NCBI GenBank assembly: GCA_017532025.1
Contig: JAFXJX010000090.1
Span: forward strand, 9,910-73,909
Reading direction: 5' to 3'
DNA: 64,000 nucleotides
From: Clostridia bacterium
GTDB lineage: Bacteria; Bacillota; Clostridia; Oscillospirales; CAG-272
The notes beneath the pieces are model-generated. The model was not told the origin of the DNA and did not search any database. It saw only the letters and a list, made by a program, of their open reading frames with translations. Position numbers and translations under genes: made by a program. Below are positions 42,734-52,554 of this stretch, piece after piece (positions within the stretch are counted from its first letter, which is position 1; the number at the start of each line of letters is the position of its first letter).

Positions 42734-42745
42734 ATGTATTCCATC

Positions 42746-43693
42746 TTACAGACCAAGGGCAGCAGCGCCGATGATGCCGGCGTCGTTGCCGAGGGTTGCG
42801 CGGGTAATGACGGTTTGATTTGCCGAGTTGTGGGCGTAGTTTTCCTTTGCCACGATCTCACGAAGAGGAGCCATCAGGTATTCGCCTTCGTTGCAAACAC
42901 CGCCGCCGATGCAAAGCACTTCAGGCTGGAATATGTTCACAATGTTGGTCAGACCGCACGCAAGGTAGCTTATATACATATCCACCACTTCAGCGCCTGC
43001 CTTGTCGCCTTTTCTCTTTGCTTGGAACGCAGTCTTGCCGCTGACGGTATCAATGCCGCCGCAAAGCTCCCACATAAGAGACTCTTTGTTTTCTTCCATC
43101 TTTTCCTTGGTCATTTTGATCAGACCCGTTGCGGACGAATAAGTCTCCCAGCAGCCGCGTCTGCCGCAAGTGCAGGGTCTGCCGTCCTTTTCGATCACAA
43201 TGTGACCAAGCTCAGCGCCTGCGTGGTTAAAACCGGAATAAATTTTGCCGTCAATGACGATACCGCCGCCAACACCTGTGCCGAGGGTAATCATCACAGC
43301 GCAGGATGCGCCCTTTGCCGAGCCAACGAGTGCTTCGGCAAGTGCTGCGCTGTTGGCATCGTTATCAATATACACCTTTTCGATGCCGGTCTTTTCAGAA
43401 AGCACCTTGGCAATTGGATAGTTTACCATAACAAGATTGTTGGAAAATTCCACAACGCCTGTTGCGCTGTTGCAGGTGCCGGGGGAAGCAATACCTGCGT
43501 ATGCGATGTCGGCAACTGTCAGGTTGTTGTCGGCAAGGAGCTTTTGGCAAAGCGCCGCCATGTCTTCCATGACGATGTCAATGCCTCTCTGCGCGCCGGT
43601 GGGCACGGATGCCTTTGCCACAATATTGAGTTTTTCATCTACGATACCTGCGGCAATATTGGTACCGCCAAGGTCAATTCCGAGATAGTACAT
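42746..43693 (-). CDS. glcK: ROK-family glucokinase
   Basis: MYYLGIDLGGTNIAAGIVD at the N-terminus and the ROK Cys motif region HIVIEKDGRPCTCGRRGCWETY. Confidence 0.9.
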   Translation of the reverse strand: MYYLGIDLGGTNIAAGIVDEKLNIVAKASVPTGAQRGIDIVMEDMAALCQKLLADNNLTVADIAYAGIASPGTCNSATGVVEFSNNLVMVNYPIAKVLSEKTGIEKVYIDNDANSAALAEALVGSAKGASCAVMITLGTGVGGGIVIDGKIYSGFNHAGAELGHIVIEKDGRPCTCGRRGCWETYSSATGLIKMTKEKMEENKESLMWELCGGIDTVSGKTAFQAKRKGDKAGAEVVDMYISYLACGLTNIVNIFQPEVLCIGGGVCNEGEYLMAPLREIVAKENYAHNSANQTVITRATLGNDAGIIGAAALGL

Positions 43694-43717
43694 AGTATTC
43701 TCCTGTTTGTTAAAATT

Positions 43718-44110
43718 TTATAATGATGTTTTTTCGTTCAAGTTGGAATAGGCAAGAGCGAACAGTTCTCTTGCGCGGCTTTCATTGCCCGAAAGCCAAA
43801 GGTAGGCAAACAAAGCTTCAAAGCCTGTCGCGCGCCTGTACTCCACGGCACTTGCACTCTTGGGAATGGCAGACACGTGATTGTTGCGCCCGCGCTTAAA
43901 AGCGGCAAGCTCGTCCTCGGTTAAAAGCGGCAAAATGTTTTCAAGCGCCGCGCTCTGTGCCGTTGCTTTCACATACTTCATTGCTTCGCGATTGAGTTTG
44001 CCCATACCGCCAATGCCGAGCGAGAGTAGATGCTCGCGCGTGAGAAGCTCCACCACCGCATCACCAAAGTAGGCAAGCTCTTGGGCGGCGATCTGGTTCG
44101 GATTCATCAT
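43718..44110 (-). CDS. mrnC: Mini-ribonuclease 3
   Basis: LAYFGDAVVELLTREHL...RGRN...YRRATGFEALFAYLWL is the Mini-III pattern, and the length is 130 aa. Confidence 0.85.
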   Translation of the reverse strand: MMNPNQIAAQELAYFGDAVVELLTREHLLSLGIGGMGKLNREAMKYVKATAQSAALENILPLLTEDELAAFKRGRNNHVSAIPKSASAVEYRRATGFEALFAYLWLSGNESRARELFALAYSNLNEKTSL

Positions 44111-44122
44111 AACGCCTCCGAA

Positions 44123-44395
44123 TCAGCTGTTGGGATCGCGCTGCTTGATGAACAACACAAGCGCGATCAGAATCGTGCCGGTAGCAAGCACCACCGCAGA
44201 GAGAACTGCGGTTTGGTTCGGCTGGCGCACCACCTCTTCGGTGGTAACGGGTGCGGTATCACTTGTCACGACGCCTGTGGAAGATGTCACCTCTTCCGCA
44301 CCGTTGGCATAAAAATAATCCACAATGGGAGAAACGCCGATGGCGATGGAAATCACCATCAAAACGATCAGCAAAATAATAAGTTTCTTTTTCAT
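44123..44395 (-). CDS. Small membrane protein (90 aa, N- and C-terminal TM segments)
   Basis: Start taken at MKKKLIILLIVLMVISIAIG. The tracked N-terminal extension to 44698 runs through the MITE copy and was rejected. Confidence 0.6.
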   Translation of the reverse strand: MKKKLIILLIVLMVISIAIGVSPIVDYFYANGAEEVTSSTGVVTSDTAPVTTEEVVRQPNQTAVLSAVVLATGTILIALVLFIKQRDPNS

Positions 44396-44574
44396 AGCGA
44401 CCCTTTCAGGACAGTTATGGGGGATAAAACCCAATATACCGCATTCAGTATAGCATATCCCCCTCGAATTGTCAATATTGTGTTCGGTTTGTTTTTGGCA
44501 ATTTGTTCTGTTGACAAAACTTAGATGACTGCCACCGCGAAAACAAGCCTTGATTGTCCAGGGGCGCACCTGTT

Positions 44575-44787
44575 TTGTTTCATCTAAAACTTTACATTGG
44601 TCAATTCCGCGAGATCCGACCGTTAAAACGGTCGCCCTGCGCTTCGCTTGGGTTTCGGCTGCACACCGCCCCGTGTCATCCTGAGCGACGCGAAGCAAAG
44701 TCGAGGCGCAGCCGAAGTGGGATCTCGGGCGGTGTTCCGCTCAAGATGACACGCGGGGTGAGATTGCGCCAAGTTACACAGTACCAC
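44575..44787. repeat. MITE-like nested-palindrome repeat, copy C (right terminus degenerate)
   Basis: TGTTTCATCTAAAACTT left terminus, CCGCGAGATCC, GTGTCATCCTGAGCG, GGGATCTCGGGCGG and GCTCAAGATGACACGCGG. The right end AAGTTACACAGTACCAC is eroded. Confidence 0.6.
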
Positions 44788-44826
44788 CTTGATAACCTTA
44801 TGGAACACTGTTGCGGAAGCTTTCTC

Positions 44827-46590
44827 TTACTTCGCAAACTGGCTGTTATACAGCTCGGCGTAGAAACCGCCCTTGGCAAGAAGTTCGGTGTGGCTTCCCT
44901 GCTCCACGATGTTGCCCTCGCGCATCACAAGAATTTTGTCGCAGTTCATGATCGTGGAAAGACGGTGCGCCACGATAAAGGAGGTGCGTCCTTTCATCAT
45001 GTCGGCAAACGCCTTTTGAATGCGGATCTCGGTGCGGGTATCGATCGAAGATGTCGCTTCGTCAAGAATCAGCATGGGCGGCAGTGTGAGCATCACGCGT
45101 GCAATGCAAAGAAGCTGTTTTTGTCCTTGCGAAAGTCCGTCGCCGCCCTCTTTGATCACGGTATCGTAGCCTTTTGGCAGACGCTTGATAAAGCTGTGCG
45201 CGTGCGCGGCTTTGGCGGCAGCAATCACCTCATCACGGCTCGCCGAAGGTCTGCCGAACGCGATGTTGTCGTGCACCGTGCCGGCTTTCAGCCAAGTGTC
45301 CTGCAAGACCATGCCGACTTGTTTTCTGAACGAATGGCGGGTGACTTTGCGAAGATCATGCCCATCCACCGTGATCTTACCCTGATCCACATCGTAAAAG
45401 CGCATCAGCAGATTGATAACAGTCGTCTTGCCGCAACCTGTGGGACCCACAATGGCAATTCGCTGACCCGGCATCACCGAAACGCTGAAATCTTCGATCA
45501 GCTTTTTATCTTTGCTGTAAGAGAACGAAACATCATCAAACGAAACTTCGCCCTCGGCCTCTTCCATCACAAAAGCATCGGCGTCGTCGGGAATCTCGGA
45601 AGGCTCATCCAAGAGATCAAAGAGGCGCGATGCCGAAGCAAGCGCGTTTTGGAATTCGGTCAAAACACCCGAAATTTCATTGAACGGCTTGGTGTATTGG
45701 TTGGTGTAGGAAAGAAGACAGGTTAGTTCGCCCACCGTAAACGCCACCTCAGCATCCTGTGTGGCAATCACGGCAAGCGCGCCCACCATTGCCACGGCAG
45801 CATACACCACGCTGTTCACAAAACGTGTGGTAGGATTCACAAGCGAGGAATAAAAGATCGCGCTGAGAGAGCATTTCCCGAGTCTGCCATTCACTTCGTC
45901 AAACTTCTCAAGAAGTTCCTCTTCCTGCGAAAAAGCTTTCACAAGCTTCAAGTTGCCCACTGTTTCATCAATGATGGCAGTTTGCTCGCCCTTGGTTTTT
46001 GATTGCAGGCTGAACATTTTATAGGTGCGGTTGCCGATGAACTTTGCCACAAAAAGTGAAAGCGGCGTGAGAAGGAACACCACAAGCGCCACCTTCCAGT
46101 TGATCACGAGCATGAACACAAGTGTGCCGAGAATCGTCACAACACCTGTGAAAAGCTGTGAAAAGCCGAGCAGCAAACCGTCCGAAAAGGTGTCCACGTC
46201 GGCAATGATGCGGCTGACAATGTCACCCGATGGGTGGCTGTCGAGGTAAGAAAGCGGCAGCGTCTCAAGCTTTTCAAACGCATCGTTGCGAAGATCGCGC
46301 GCGATTTGGTAAGTCATGCGGTTGTTGAGGCTCGTCATGCCCCAGTTAACAAGTGCTGTGAGAAGCACAATGAAAAAGGCTTGCCACAGAATGTCAGTAA
46401 TCCCCGCCATATCCACCTGACCCTTGCCCACGATCAGGTCAATGGCGTCGCCAATGAGAATCGGGAAAAGCAGCGTCAAAAACACCGAAAGCGCGGCAAA
46501 AAAGAGTGTGATGCCAAGGAGGATTTTATATCGTCCGATATAGCGAAGCACGCGCTTCAGCGTGCCTTTTTTGGCTTTTTCCTTTGCCAT
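44827..46590 (-). CDS. ABC exporter, fused permease-ATPase (type 1 exporter half-transporter)
   Basis: Six-TM N-terminal domain, then GPTGCGKTT (Walker A), LSQGQKQLL (signature) and ILDEATS (Walker B). Its start overlaps the upstream stop (TAATG). Confidence 0.9.
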   Translation of the reverse strand: MAKEKAKKGTLKRVLRYIGRYKILLGITLFFAALSVFLTLLFPILIGDAIDLIVGKGQVDMAGITDILWQAFFIVLLTALVNWGMTSLNNRMTYQIARDLRNDAFEKLETLPLSYLDSHPSGDIVSRIIADVDTFSDGLLLGFSQLFTGVVTILGTLVFMLVINWKVALVVFLLTPLSLFVAKFIGNRTYKMFSLQSKTKGEQTAIIDETVGNLKLVKAFSQEEELLEKFDEVNGRLGKCSLSAIFYSSLVNPTTRFVNSVVYAAVAMVGALAVIATQDAEVAFTVGELTCLLSYTNQYTKPFNEISGVLTEFQNALASASRLFDLLDEPSEIPDDADAFVMEEAEGEVSFDDVSFSYSKDKKLIEDFSVSVMPGQRIAIVGPTGCGKTTVINLLMRFYDVDQGKITVDGHDLRKVTRHSFRKQVGMVLQDTWLKAGTVHDNIAFGRPSASRDEVIAAAKAAHAHSFIKRLPKGYDTVIKEGGDGLSQGQKQLLCIARVMLTLPPMLILDEATSSIDTRTEIRIQKAFADMMKGRTSFIVAHRLSTIMNCDKILVMREGNIVEQGSHTELLAKGGFYAELYNSQFAK

Positions 46591-48317
46591 TACGCTTCAC
46601 CTCCCGACTGAAACTGTGTTTCGTAAATCTCTTTATACAGCGGACAGGAAAGAAGAAGCTCGTCATGCGTACCCATGCCCACCGCCTCGCCGTCGTCCAG
46701 CACAATGATCTTGTCGGCGTATATGAGAGAGGACGCACGTTGAGACACAATGAACACCGTGGTGTCCTTCGTATCCTTGCGGATGGCAGCGCGCAGGGCG
46801 GCATCGGTAGCAAAGTCAAGGGCTGATGCCGAATCGTCAAGAATCAAAATGTCGGGCTGTTTCACAAGCGCGCGCGCAATGGTAAGACGCTGACGCTGAC
46901 CGCCCGAAAGGTTTCTGCCGCCGGCTTCGATCAGAGCATCAAGTCCGCCCTTTTCTTTTGCCACTTCAGTTGCCTGTGCCGTTTCAAGAGCAGACCAAAT
47001 GGCATCGTCACTTGCTTCTTTGTTGCCCCACTTCATGTTGTCGCGCAGAGTACCGGCAAACAAAACCGCCTTTTGCGGCACAACACCGATGGCATGGCGC
47101 AAAGACTCGGTATCATACTCGCGAATGTCGCGCCCCCACAGGCGAATCTCGCCCTCGGTGGCATCGTAAAAGCGCGGAATCAGCGAAACAAGACTGCTCT
47201 TGCCCGAACCTGTGCCGCCAATGATGCCTACCGTTTCGCCCTTGTTCACCGCAAAGGAAAGCGACGAAACCGAATCCGCACCCGCACCGGCATAGCGAAG
47301 CGAGGCGTTGTCAAAGGCAAGAATCTCGCCCGACTCTTTGGCAGTATAGGGAATGTTGCCGTTTGCCATCGAGCATTTCACATCTAAAACGTCGGCAATG
47401 CGCCCTGCCGAGGCAAGCGCCTTGGTGATGCTGATGATCAGCGAGGCAAGCTTGATCAGCTCCACCAAAATCTGCGCCATGTAGTTGTAAAGCGCAATCA
47501 CCTCGCCTTGCGAAAGGTCGCCCATTTCCACGCGCAAAGCGCCTGTGCGAATCAGAATGATCACCGCAAGGTTGATGATAATATAGGTCAACGGGTTCAT
47601 CAGCCCCGTGATTCTGCCCACAAACTTCTGCATTTTACTGAGCGAATCGGTCTTTTCGCGAAAAGACTTCACTTCCCCGTCTTCCTTGCCAAAGGCGCGG
47701 ATCACGCGCGCGCCGCCAATGTTTTCACGCGTTGCGCGCACCACGGCATCAAGATGCTTTTGTACCTTTTTGTAAAGCGGAATCGAAAGCAGCATGATGC
47801 CAAACACCACCACCGAAAGCGCAGGGATCGTCACGGCAAAGGTCATTGCCGACTTGGCATCCACCAAAAACGCCATCACCATCGCGCCAAACACCACAAA
47901 CGGCGAGCGCAGAAGGAGGCGCAGGGCAAGATTCATGCCCGATTGCACTTGGTTTACGTCTGCCGTCATGCGAGTCACAAGCGTGGATGTGCCAAGCGTG
48001 TCAATGTCGGTATAGGACAGCTTGCCCACATGAGCAAACAGCGCGTGACGGAGCCTTGTGGCAAAACCCACCGAGGCTTTGGCGGCAAAATACTGCGCCG
48101 TCACCGAAAAGACAAGCCCCACAGCGCCAAGCGCCACCAGAATCAAAGCCGCTTTGATCACATACGAGCTGCCAAGTCCGCCTGTGATGCCGTTATCGAT
48201 GATTGCCGCCACCACAAGCGGCACAAAGAGTTCAAGAGTCGCTTCAAACAGCTTGAACAGCGGCCCGAGTATCGATTCTTTTGTGTACCCTTTTAAATAC
48301 GGTAAGAGTCGTTTCAC
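46590..48317 (-). CDS. ABC exporter, fused permease-ATPase, partner of 44827..46590 (heterodimer-type pair)
   Basis: GGTGSGKSS, LSGGQRQRL and ILDDSAS. GTG start at 48317 is preceded by AGGAAGGA. The tracked extension to 48560 has no support. Confidence 0.85.
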   Translation of the reverse strand: MKRLLPYLKGYTKESILGPLFKLFEATLELFVPLVVAAIIDNGITGGLGSSYVIKAALILVALGAVGLVFSVTAQYFAAKASVGFATRLRHALFAHVGKLSYTDIDTLGTSTLVTRMTADVNQVQSGMNLALRLLLRSPFVVFGAMVMAFLVDAKSAMTFAVTIPALSVVVFGIMLLSIPLYKKVQKHLDAVVRATRENIGGARVIRAFGKEDGEVKSFREKTDSLSKMQKFVGRITGLMNPLTYIIINLAVIILIRTGALRVEMGDLSQGEVIALYNYMAQILVELIKLASLIISITKALASAGRIADVLDVKCSMANGNIPYTAKESGEILAFDNASLRYAGAGADSVSSLSFAVNKGETVGIIGGTGSGKSSLVSLIPRFYDATEGEIRLWGRDIREYDTESLRHAIGVVPQKAVLFAGTLRDNMKWGNKEASDDAIWSALETAQATEVAKEKGGLDALIEAGGRNLSGGQRQRLTIARALVKQPDILILDDSASALDFATDAALRAAIRKDTKDTTVFIVSQRASSLIYADKIIVLDDGEAVGMGTHDELLLSCPLYKEIYETQFQSGGEA

Positions 48318-48444
48318 AAAAAGTCCTTCCTTTTTTGAAAATTCCATTCTTTTTATTATAGCATGTTTTTGTGATTCTGAAAAGGGCTTTTGGAAAAATT
48401 GTGTATGATAACCGATATTTGATTTGATACAAAAACACATATGC

Positions 48445-48545
48445 GTAGGGCGGTGGCTGCTGCCGCCGTAATAACAAACAAATATAAATATCAGAAATTG
48501 GTTGACTGGCAGCGAGCGCAGAGTATACAGCCCTACAAAACAAAC
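48445..48545. repeat. Possible degenerate REP doublet
   Basis: GTAGGGCGGtggctgctgCCGCC (48445-48467) on the plus strand and CCCTAC (reverse GTAGGG) at about 48534-48539. The second unit has no clear hairpin. Confidence 0.3.
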
Positions 48546-48724
48546 TCCCAACAGTACCAAAACGCCTATGCGTTTGGGGGATCTGTGTTATTGTACCGAA
48601 GATTAACAAAAACAGATACAGTTTCCTTACTTTTCAATTCTAACTTTTACTCGTTCTGCGTGTATTGAATCAGAGGAAAGATTAAAAAAGCCATCCCGAA
48701 TTTAAGAATATTTTTCATAAACGA

Positions 48725-48753
48725 TTGACTTATACACAGGAATCATATAAAAT
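48725..48753 (+). promoter_or_regulatory. Promoter of gene 48789 (TTGACT-17-TAAAAT)
   Basis: TTGACT at 48725-48730, a 17-nt spacer, and TAAAAT at 48748-48753. Confidence 0.5.
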
Positions 48754-48788
48754 GGTACGTATCATTTTATCAAAAAAAGGAGCCTCTT

Positions 48789-49985
48789 ATGAGAAAAATC
48801 ATAGTCGCAATTCTTACGCTTGCCCTTTTGGTTGCGCTCTGTGCCTGCGGTAATAGCAATGCCGACAGCACGGAAAATGCCTCGACCAATGCCCAAACGA
48901 CAGAAGCCACGGAAAGCACCTCCTCAACCACAATCGAAACTTCACCTTCAGAAGAAACAACCGCCGAAACCGAATCCGAAGAAGAAAAAGCACAGAAGGA
49001 AGCCCAAGCACGCTATGAAAAGGCAACCGAATATTTGGTGGAATATCTTAAAAACGGCTCCTTCAGAGATGCGGATTGGAATACCTATTCCAAAAACGAC
49101 GCCCTCGAATATCTCTACAAAGAGTTTGAAGCCCTTGGTGATTACGAGGACAGCGCGGAAATCCTCTCCCGTTTCACTGTATTTCCCAATATGCTCACAA
49201 GCATTACCAATGCACAAACCGACCATTTGGGAAACAGAAAAGAGTCTGAATACGCATCGTATCAATACGATGAAAAAGGCACTTCCAATGATGCTCCCAT
49301 TTTGAAAGTTCTCGGAATCGATGCTTGGTCTCATAATTTTCAATATGAATATGATCCTGCCGACCGTATCATCTCCATCAAGCTTTTGTCCGGCGGTGTG
49401 TATGCAATCGTAACACCCGAATATAATGCAAACGGCAATATCGTAAAAGCAACCATTCAGACCAACACGGATACCTACACAAGTACATATACCTATGATG
49501 AACAAAATCGCCTGATTGCAGCAGAAAAATACACCTATAACGGTGGTGAAGCATATGACGGTGAATACTGGAAGCTCTACTCTCGCACCTACACCTATGA
49601 TGTAAACAGCAATCTTGCAGAAGAAAAATATTCCGTTACGCTATATGGTAGCAAACGGGATATGACGATCAAATATTCCTATTACGAAAACGGTGATTTA
49701 CAGAAAAAAGAAACAAATGAGTATGACTATAATTGGAAAACAGAATTTGCAACCGAATCCACCTACGCGTATGAATACGATGTAAACGGACATCTTCTTA
49801 TGGAGAAAAAAAACCATATATCTGCTCTCGGGACATCCGATAAATCACTCATCTACACCAACGACGAAAATGGTAGACCGATCACCGCCGAGCTCATCGA
49901 AACCAAAGACGGCAAGAATGATTATGCTTCTCAGATTCTGACCTATCATTACGAAACGCTTTATTTCTATGCTACCGAATCATGA
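48789..49985 (+). CDS. Lipoprotein with degenerate YD/RHS-like repeats
   Basis: Lipobox LLVALCAC. Recurrent YxYDxxxxL-type units occur (YTYDEQNRLIAAEKYTY, YTYDVNSNLAEEKYS, YEYDVNGHLLMEK). The gene is AT-rich. Confidence 0.7.
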   Translation: MRKIIVAILTLALLVALCACGNSNADSTENASTNAQTTEATESTSSTTIETSPSEETTAETESEEEKAQKEAQARYEKATEYLVEYLKNGSFRDADWNTYSKNDALEYLYKEFEALGDYEDSAEILSRFTVFPNMLTSITNAQTDHLGNRKESEYASYQYDEKGTSNDAPILKVLGIDAWSHNFQYEYDPADRIISIKLLSGGVYAIVTPEYNANGNIVKATIQTNTDTYTSTYTYDEQNRLIAAEKYTYNGGEAYDGEYWKLYSRTYTYDVNSNLAEEKYSVTLYGSKRDMTIKYSYYENGDLQKKETNEYDYNWKTEFATESTYAYEYDVNGHLLMEKKNHISALGTSDKSLIYTNDENGRPITAELIETKDGKNDYASQILTYHYETLYFYATES

Positions 49986-50024
49986 ATAAATACCCCCGTA
50001 TGTACGGGGGTTCCAGAATATAAA

Positions 50025-50052
50025 TCAAAAACGGAAGGCAAAACGCCTCCCG
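50025..50052 (-). terminator. Rho-independent terminator of clpC
   Basis: Minus strand reads CGGGAGGC-gtttt-GCCTTCCG followed by TTTTTGATTT. Confidence 0.7.
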
Positions 50053-52479
50053 TTAGCTGTTTTTTACCTCATACCGCAAAACATCATTCTCCACAAAAAA
50101 GCGCACCGCGCTTCCCTCTTTGAAAATGCCGTCAAGGAGATATTCCGAAATCACGTCCTCCACGCGGTGCTCTAAAATCCGCCGCAAGGGTCTTGCGCCA
50201 AACTGCTCGGTATCGGCGGCAGCTGCCACAAGGTCGGTCACGCTTTCATCAAACTCTGCAAAAATGCCAAGCGCCCAAAGCCTCCCCTCAAGGGATTCCA
50301 ACATCATTTCGGCAATCTTTTTCACATCGGCAAGGGATAGTTTTTTAAACAGGATAATTTCGTCGATGCGGTTCAAAAACTCGGGGCGAAAGAATTCCGA
50401 AAGCTTTTTTTGCGCGTCACCTGCCGTCACTTCCTCACCCACCGTGGCAAAGCCGAGTTTTCGTGCGCGCCCGGCAAGCTCCGCGCCCGCGTTTGAGGTC
50501 ATAATGACAACTGTACTGGCAAAATTCACGGTATGCCCGTGCGAATCGGTCAGCCTGCCGTCCTCTAAAATTTGCAAAAGCAAATTTAAGACATCGGGAT
50601 GCGCCTTTTCGATCTCATCAAACAGCACCACAGAATAAGGCTTGCGGCGCACCTGTTCGGTCAGCTGCCCCGCATCGTCATAACCCACATAGCCGGGCGG
50701 CGAGCCGATGAGGCGTGAAACGCTCTGCTTTTCCATGTATTCCGACATATCCATGCGGATCATCGCATCCTCCGTGCCGTAAAGAAGCTCGGCAAGCGCT
50801 TTCGAAAGCTCAGTCTTGCCCACCCCCGTAGGTCCTAAAAAGACAAAGCTACCCACCGGGCGGTGCGGGTCTTTGAGTCCGGTTCTTGCTCTTCGAATGG
50901 CACGAGAGATGGCACAAACCGCCTCCTCCTGCCCCACCACGCGCTTGTGCAAAGCCTCTTCAAGACCTTTGAGTCTTTCGCTTTCTTTGTCACACAAACG
51001 CTTCAAGGGAATGCCTGTTTTGCGCGAAACCATGTCGCGAATGGCATCGGCAGTCAGCACAAGCGATTTTTCTTCCGACTGTATCAGCCATTGATGCTTT
51101 CTCTCCTCGTGGGCTTCAGCAAGCGCACTTTCTTCGTCGCGCAGGGCGGCGGCAAGCTCAAAGCGCTGATGCTTGATGGCATCTTCTTTTTCTTCGGCAA
51201 GCTGTTTGATCCTGTCCTCGCTTTCAAGAAGCGAAGGCGGCATGGTGAAGACTGAAATGCGTAAGTGTGCTGCAGCTTCATCCACAAGGTCAATCGCCTT
51301 GTCGGGCAAAAACTGCTCTGAAAGGTAGCGGTGCGAAAGCGTCACCGCCGCTTGCAAGGCTTCATCGGTGATTGTCAGCTTGTGATGCGCTTCGTATTTC
51401 GGCGCAACACCGCGCAGAATGGCAAGCGCCTCGTCAGGTGTCGGCTCTCCCACCTCCACTGCCTGAAAACGGCGTGACATGGCAGCATCCTTTTCAATAT
51501 AGCGGCGGTATTCGGCATAGGTCGTGGCGCCGATCAGCTTGATCTCCCCACGCGCCAAAGCAGGCTTCAAAATGCCGGCGGCATCAATTGCGCCCTCTGC
51601 AGCACCCGCGCCCATGATGGTGTGGATCTCGTCGATGAACAAAATCACATCCGGCTTTTTTCTTGCTTCCTCGATGAGGTTTTTCATGCGCTCCTCAAAA
51701 TCACCGCGATACTTTGCCCCTGCCAGCATGGCGGGTATGTCAAGGGTAATGATGCGTTTGCCCACAAGCGCTTCAGGCACGCGCCCACGGGCGATCCGCT
51801 CGGCAAGCCCTTCCACCACCGCCGTTTTGCCAACACCCGGCTCGCCCACAAGGCAAGGATTGTTTTTGGCACGGCGCGAAAGAATCTGCATCAAGCGCCA
51901 AAGCTCCTCTTCCCGTCCGATCAAAGGGTCAAAGCGCCCCTCCTCGGCAAGATGGGTGAGGTTTCTGCCGTAGGTTTTCAAAGCGCCCGATTCGCGCTCG
52001 GCTTTTTTGTCAGGCTTCTTTTTTTCAAAAGCAATCGGTGAAAAATGACCGCTGACAAGCGCACGCCCCTCCGAGGAAAGCTCGCCGAGCGATGCACCCT
52101 CCGCCACAATCAGCTTGGCGGCAAGCGATTCTTCATCACTCACAAGGGCTAAGAGAAGATGCTCGGTGCCGATGATGCCGCGCCCTTCTTCTTTGCAAAA
52201 GGCAAACGCGTTTTCAATCACACCTTTGGCGCGCGGCGTCAGATCCTTTGCCGAAACAAAGCTCTTTTCGCCCTTGCCGGCAAGCTCAGTCACGCGCAAA
52301 AGGATAGCTTCTCTGTGTACGCCGCGCGAGGTCAAAAGGCGAAAAGCGGCAGAGTCTGGCTCGGCAAGAAGACCAAGCAGCAAATGCTCGCTTCCGATAT
52401 AGGTATGCCCCAATTCCTGTGCCGCCGCGAGCGCACTTTGCAGAGCGTTTTTGGCACTTTGTGAAAATTTTCCGTTCAT
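50053..52479 (-). CDS. clpC: ATP-dependent Clp protease ATP-binding subunit ClpC (class I AAA+)
   Basis: Clp_N repeats (FSQSAKNALQSA...GHTYIGSEHLLLGLL), two AAA+ modules (GEPGVGKTA and GPTGVGKTE) and a UVR-like linker. Start is at MNGKFSQ after AAGGGGAA. Confidence 0.9.
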   Translation of the reverse strand: MNGKFSQSAKNALQSALAAAQELGHTYIGSEHLLLGLLAEPDSAAFRLLTSRGVHREAILLRVTELAGKGEKSFVSAKDLTPRAKGVIENAFAFCKEEGRGIIGTEHLLLALVSDEESLAAKLIVAEGASLGELSSEGRALVSGHFSPIAFEKKKPDKKAERESGALKTYGRNLTHLAEEGRFDPLIGREEELWRLMQILSRRAKNNPCLVGEPGVGKTAVVEGLAERIARGRVPEALVGKRIITLDIPAMLAGAKYRGDFEERMKNLIEEARKKPDVILFIDEIHTIMGAGAAEGAIDAAGILKPALARGEIKLIGATTYAEYRRYIEKDAAMSRRFQAVEVGEPTPDEALAILRGVAPKYEAHHKLTITDEALQAAVTLSHRYLSEQFLPDKAIDLVDEAAAHLRISVFTMPPSLLESEDRIKQLAEEKEDAIKHQRFELAAALRDEESALAEAHEERKHQWLIQSEEKSLVLTADAIRDMVSRKTGIPLKRLCDKESERLKGLEEALHKRVVGQEEAVCAISRAIRRARTGLKDPHRPVGSFVFLGPTGVGKTELSKALAELLYGTEDAMIRMDMSEYMEKQSVSRLIGSPPGYVGYDDAGQLTEQVRRKPYSVVLFDEIEKAHPDVLNLLLQILEDGRLTDSHGHTVNFASTVVIMTSNAGAELAGRARKLGFATVGEEVTAGDAQKKLSEFFRPEFLNRIDEIILFKKLSLADVKKIAEMMLESLEGRLWALGIFAEFDESVTDLVAAAADTEQFGARPLRRILEHRVEDVISEYLLDGIFKEGSAVRFFVENDVLRYEVKNS

Positions 52480-52494
52480 ATCGTTCCCCTTTGC

Positions 52495-52523
52495 TTGACA
52501 AGGATTTGACCGAGTGTTACAAT
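52495..52523 (+). promoter_or_regulatory. Promoter of the GNAT gene (TTGACA-17-TACAAT)
   Basis: TTGACA at 52495-52500, a 17-nt spacer, and TACAAT at 52518-52523. The RBS GAAGGGAGA precedes ATG 52555. Confidence 0.6.
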
Positions 52524-52554
52524 AAACTATCGATTTTTTTGAAGGGAGATTCCC

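Noticed and set aside
44396-44698. N-terminal extension of ORF 44123..44698.
   Set aside because: The extension is encoded by MITE copy C. A normal MKKK start with a hydrophobic segment is available at 44395.
48318-48560. N-terminal extension of the second ABC exporter ORF, and overlapping ORFs 48244..48609 and 48441..48668.
   Set aside because: There is no RBS or signal. The GTG at 48317 is preceded by AGGAAGGA and gives the usual MKRLLPYLK-type N-terminus. The remaining 470 nt look intergenic.
52500-52520. Possible CtsR operator upstream of clpC (minus strand GGTCAAAtcctTGTCAAG).
   Set aside because: Only one heptad is perfect and the second matches 5 of 7. The spacing is 4 rather than the canonical 3 nt. 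The same bases form the spacer of the plus-strand GNAT promoter, and no ctsR gene is adjacent. This is too weak to call.
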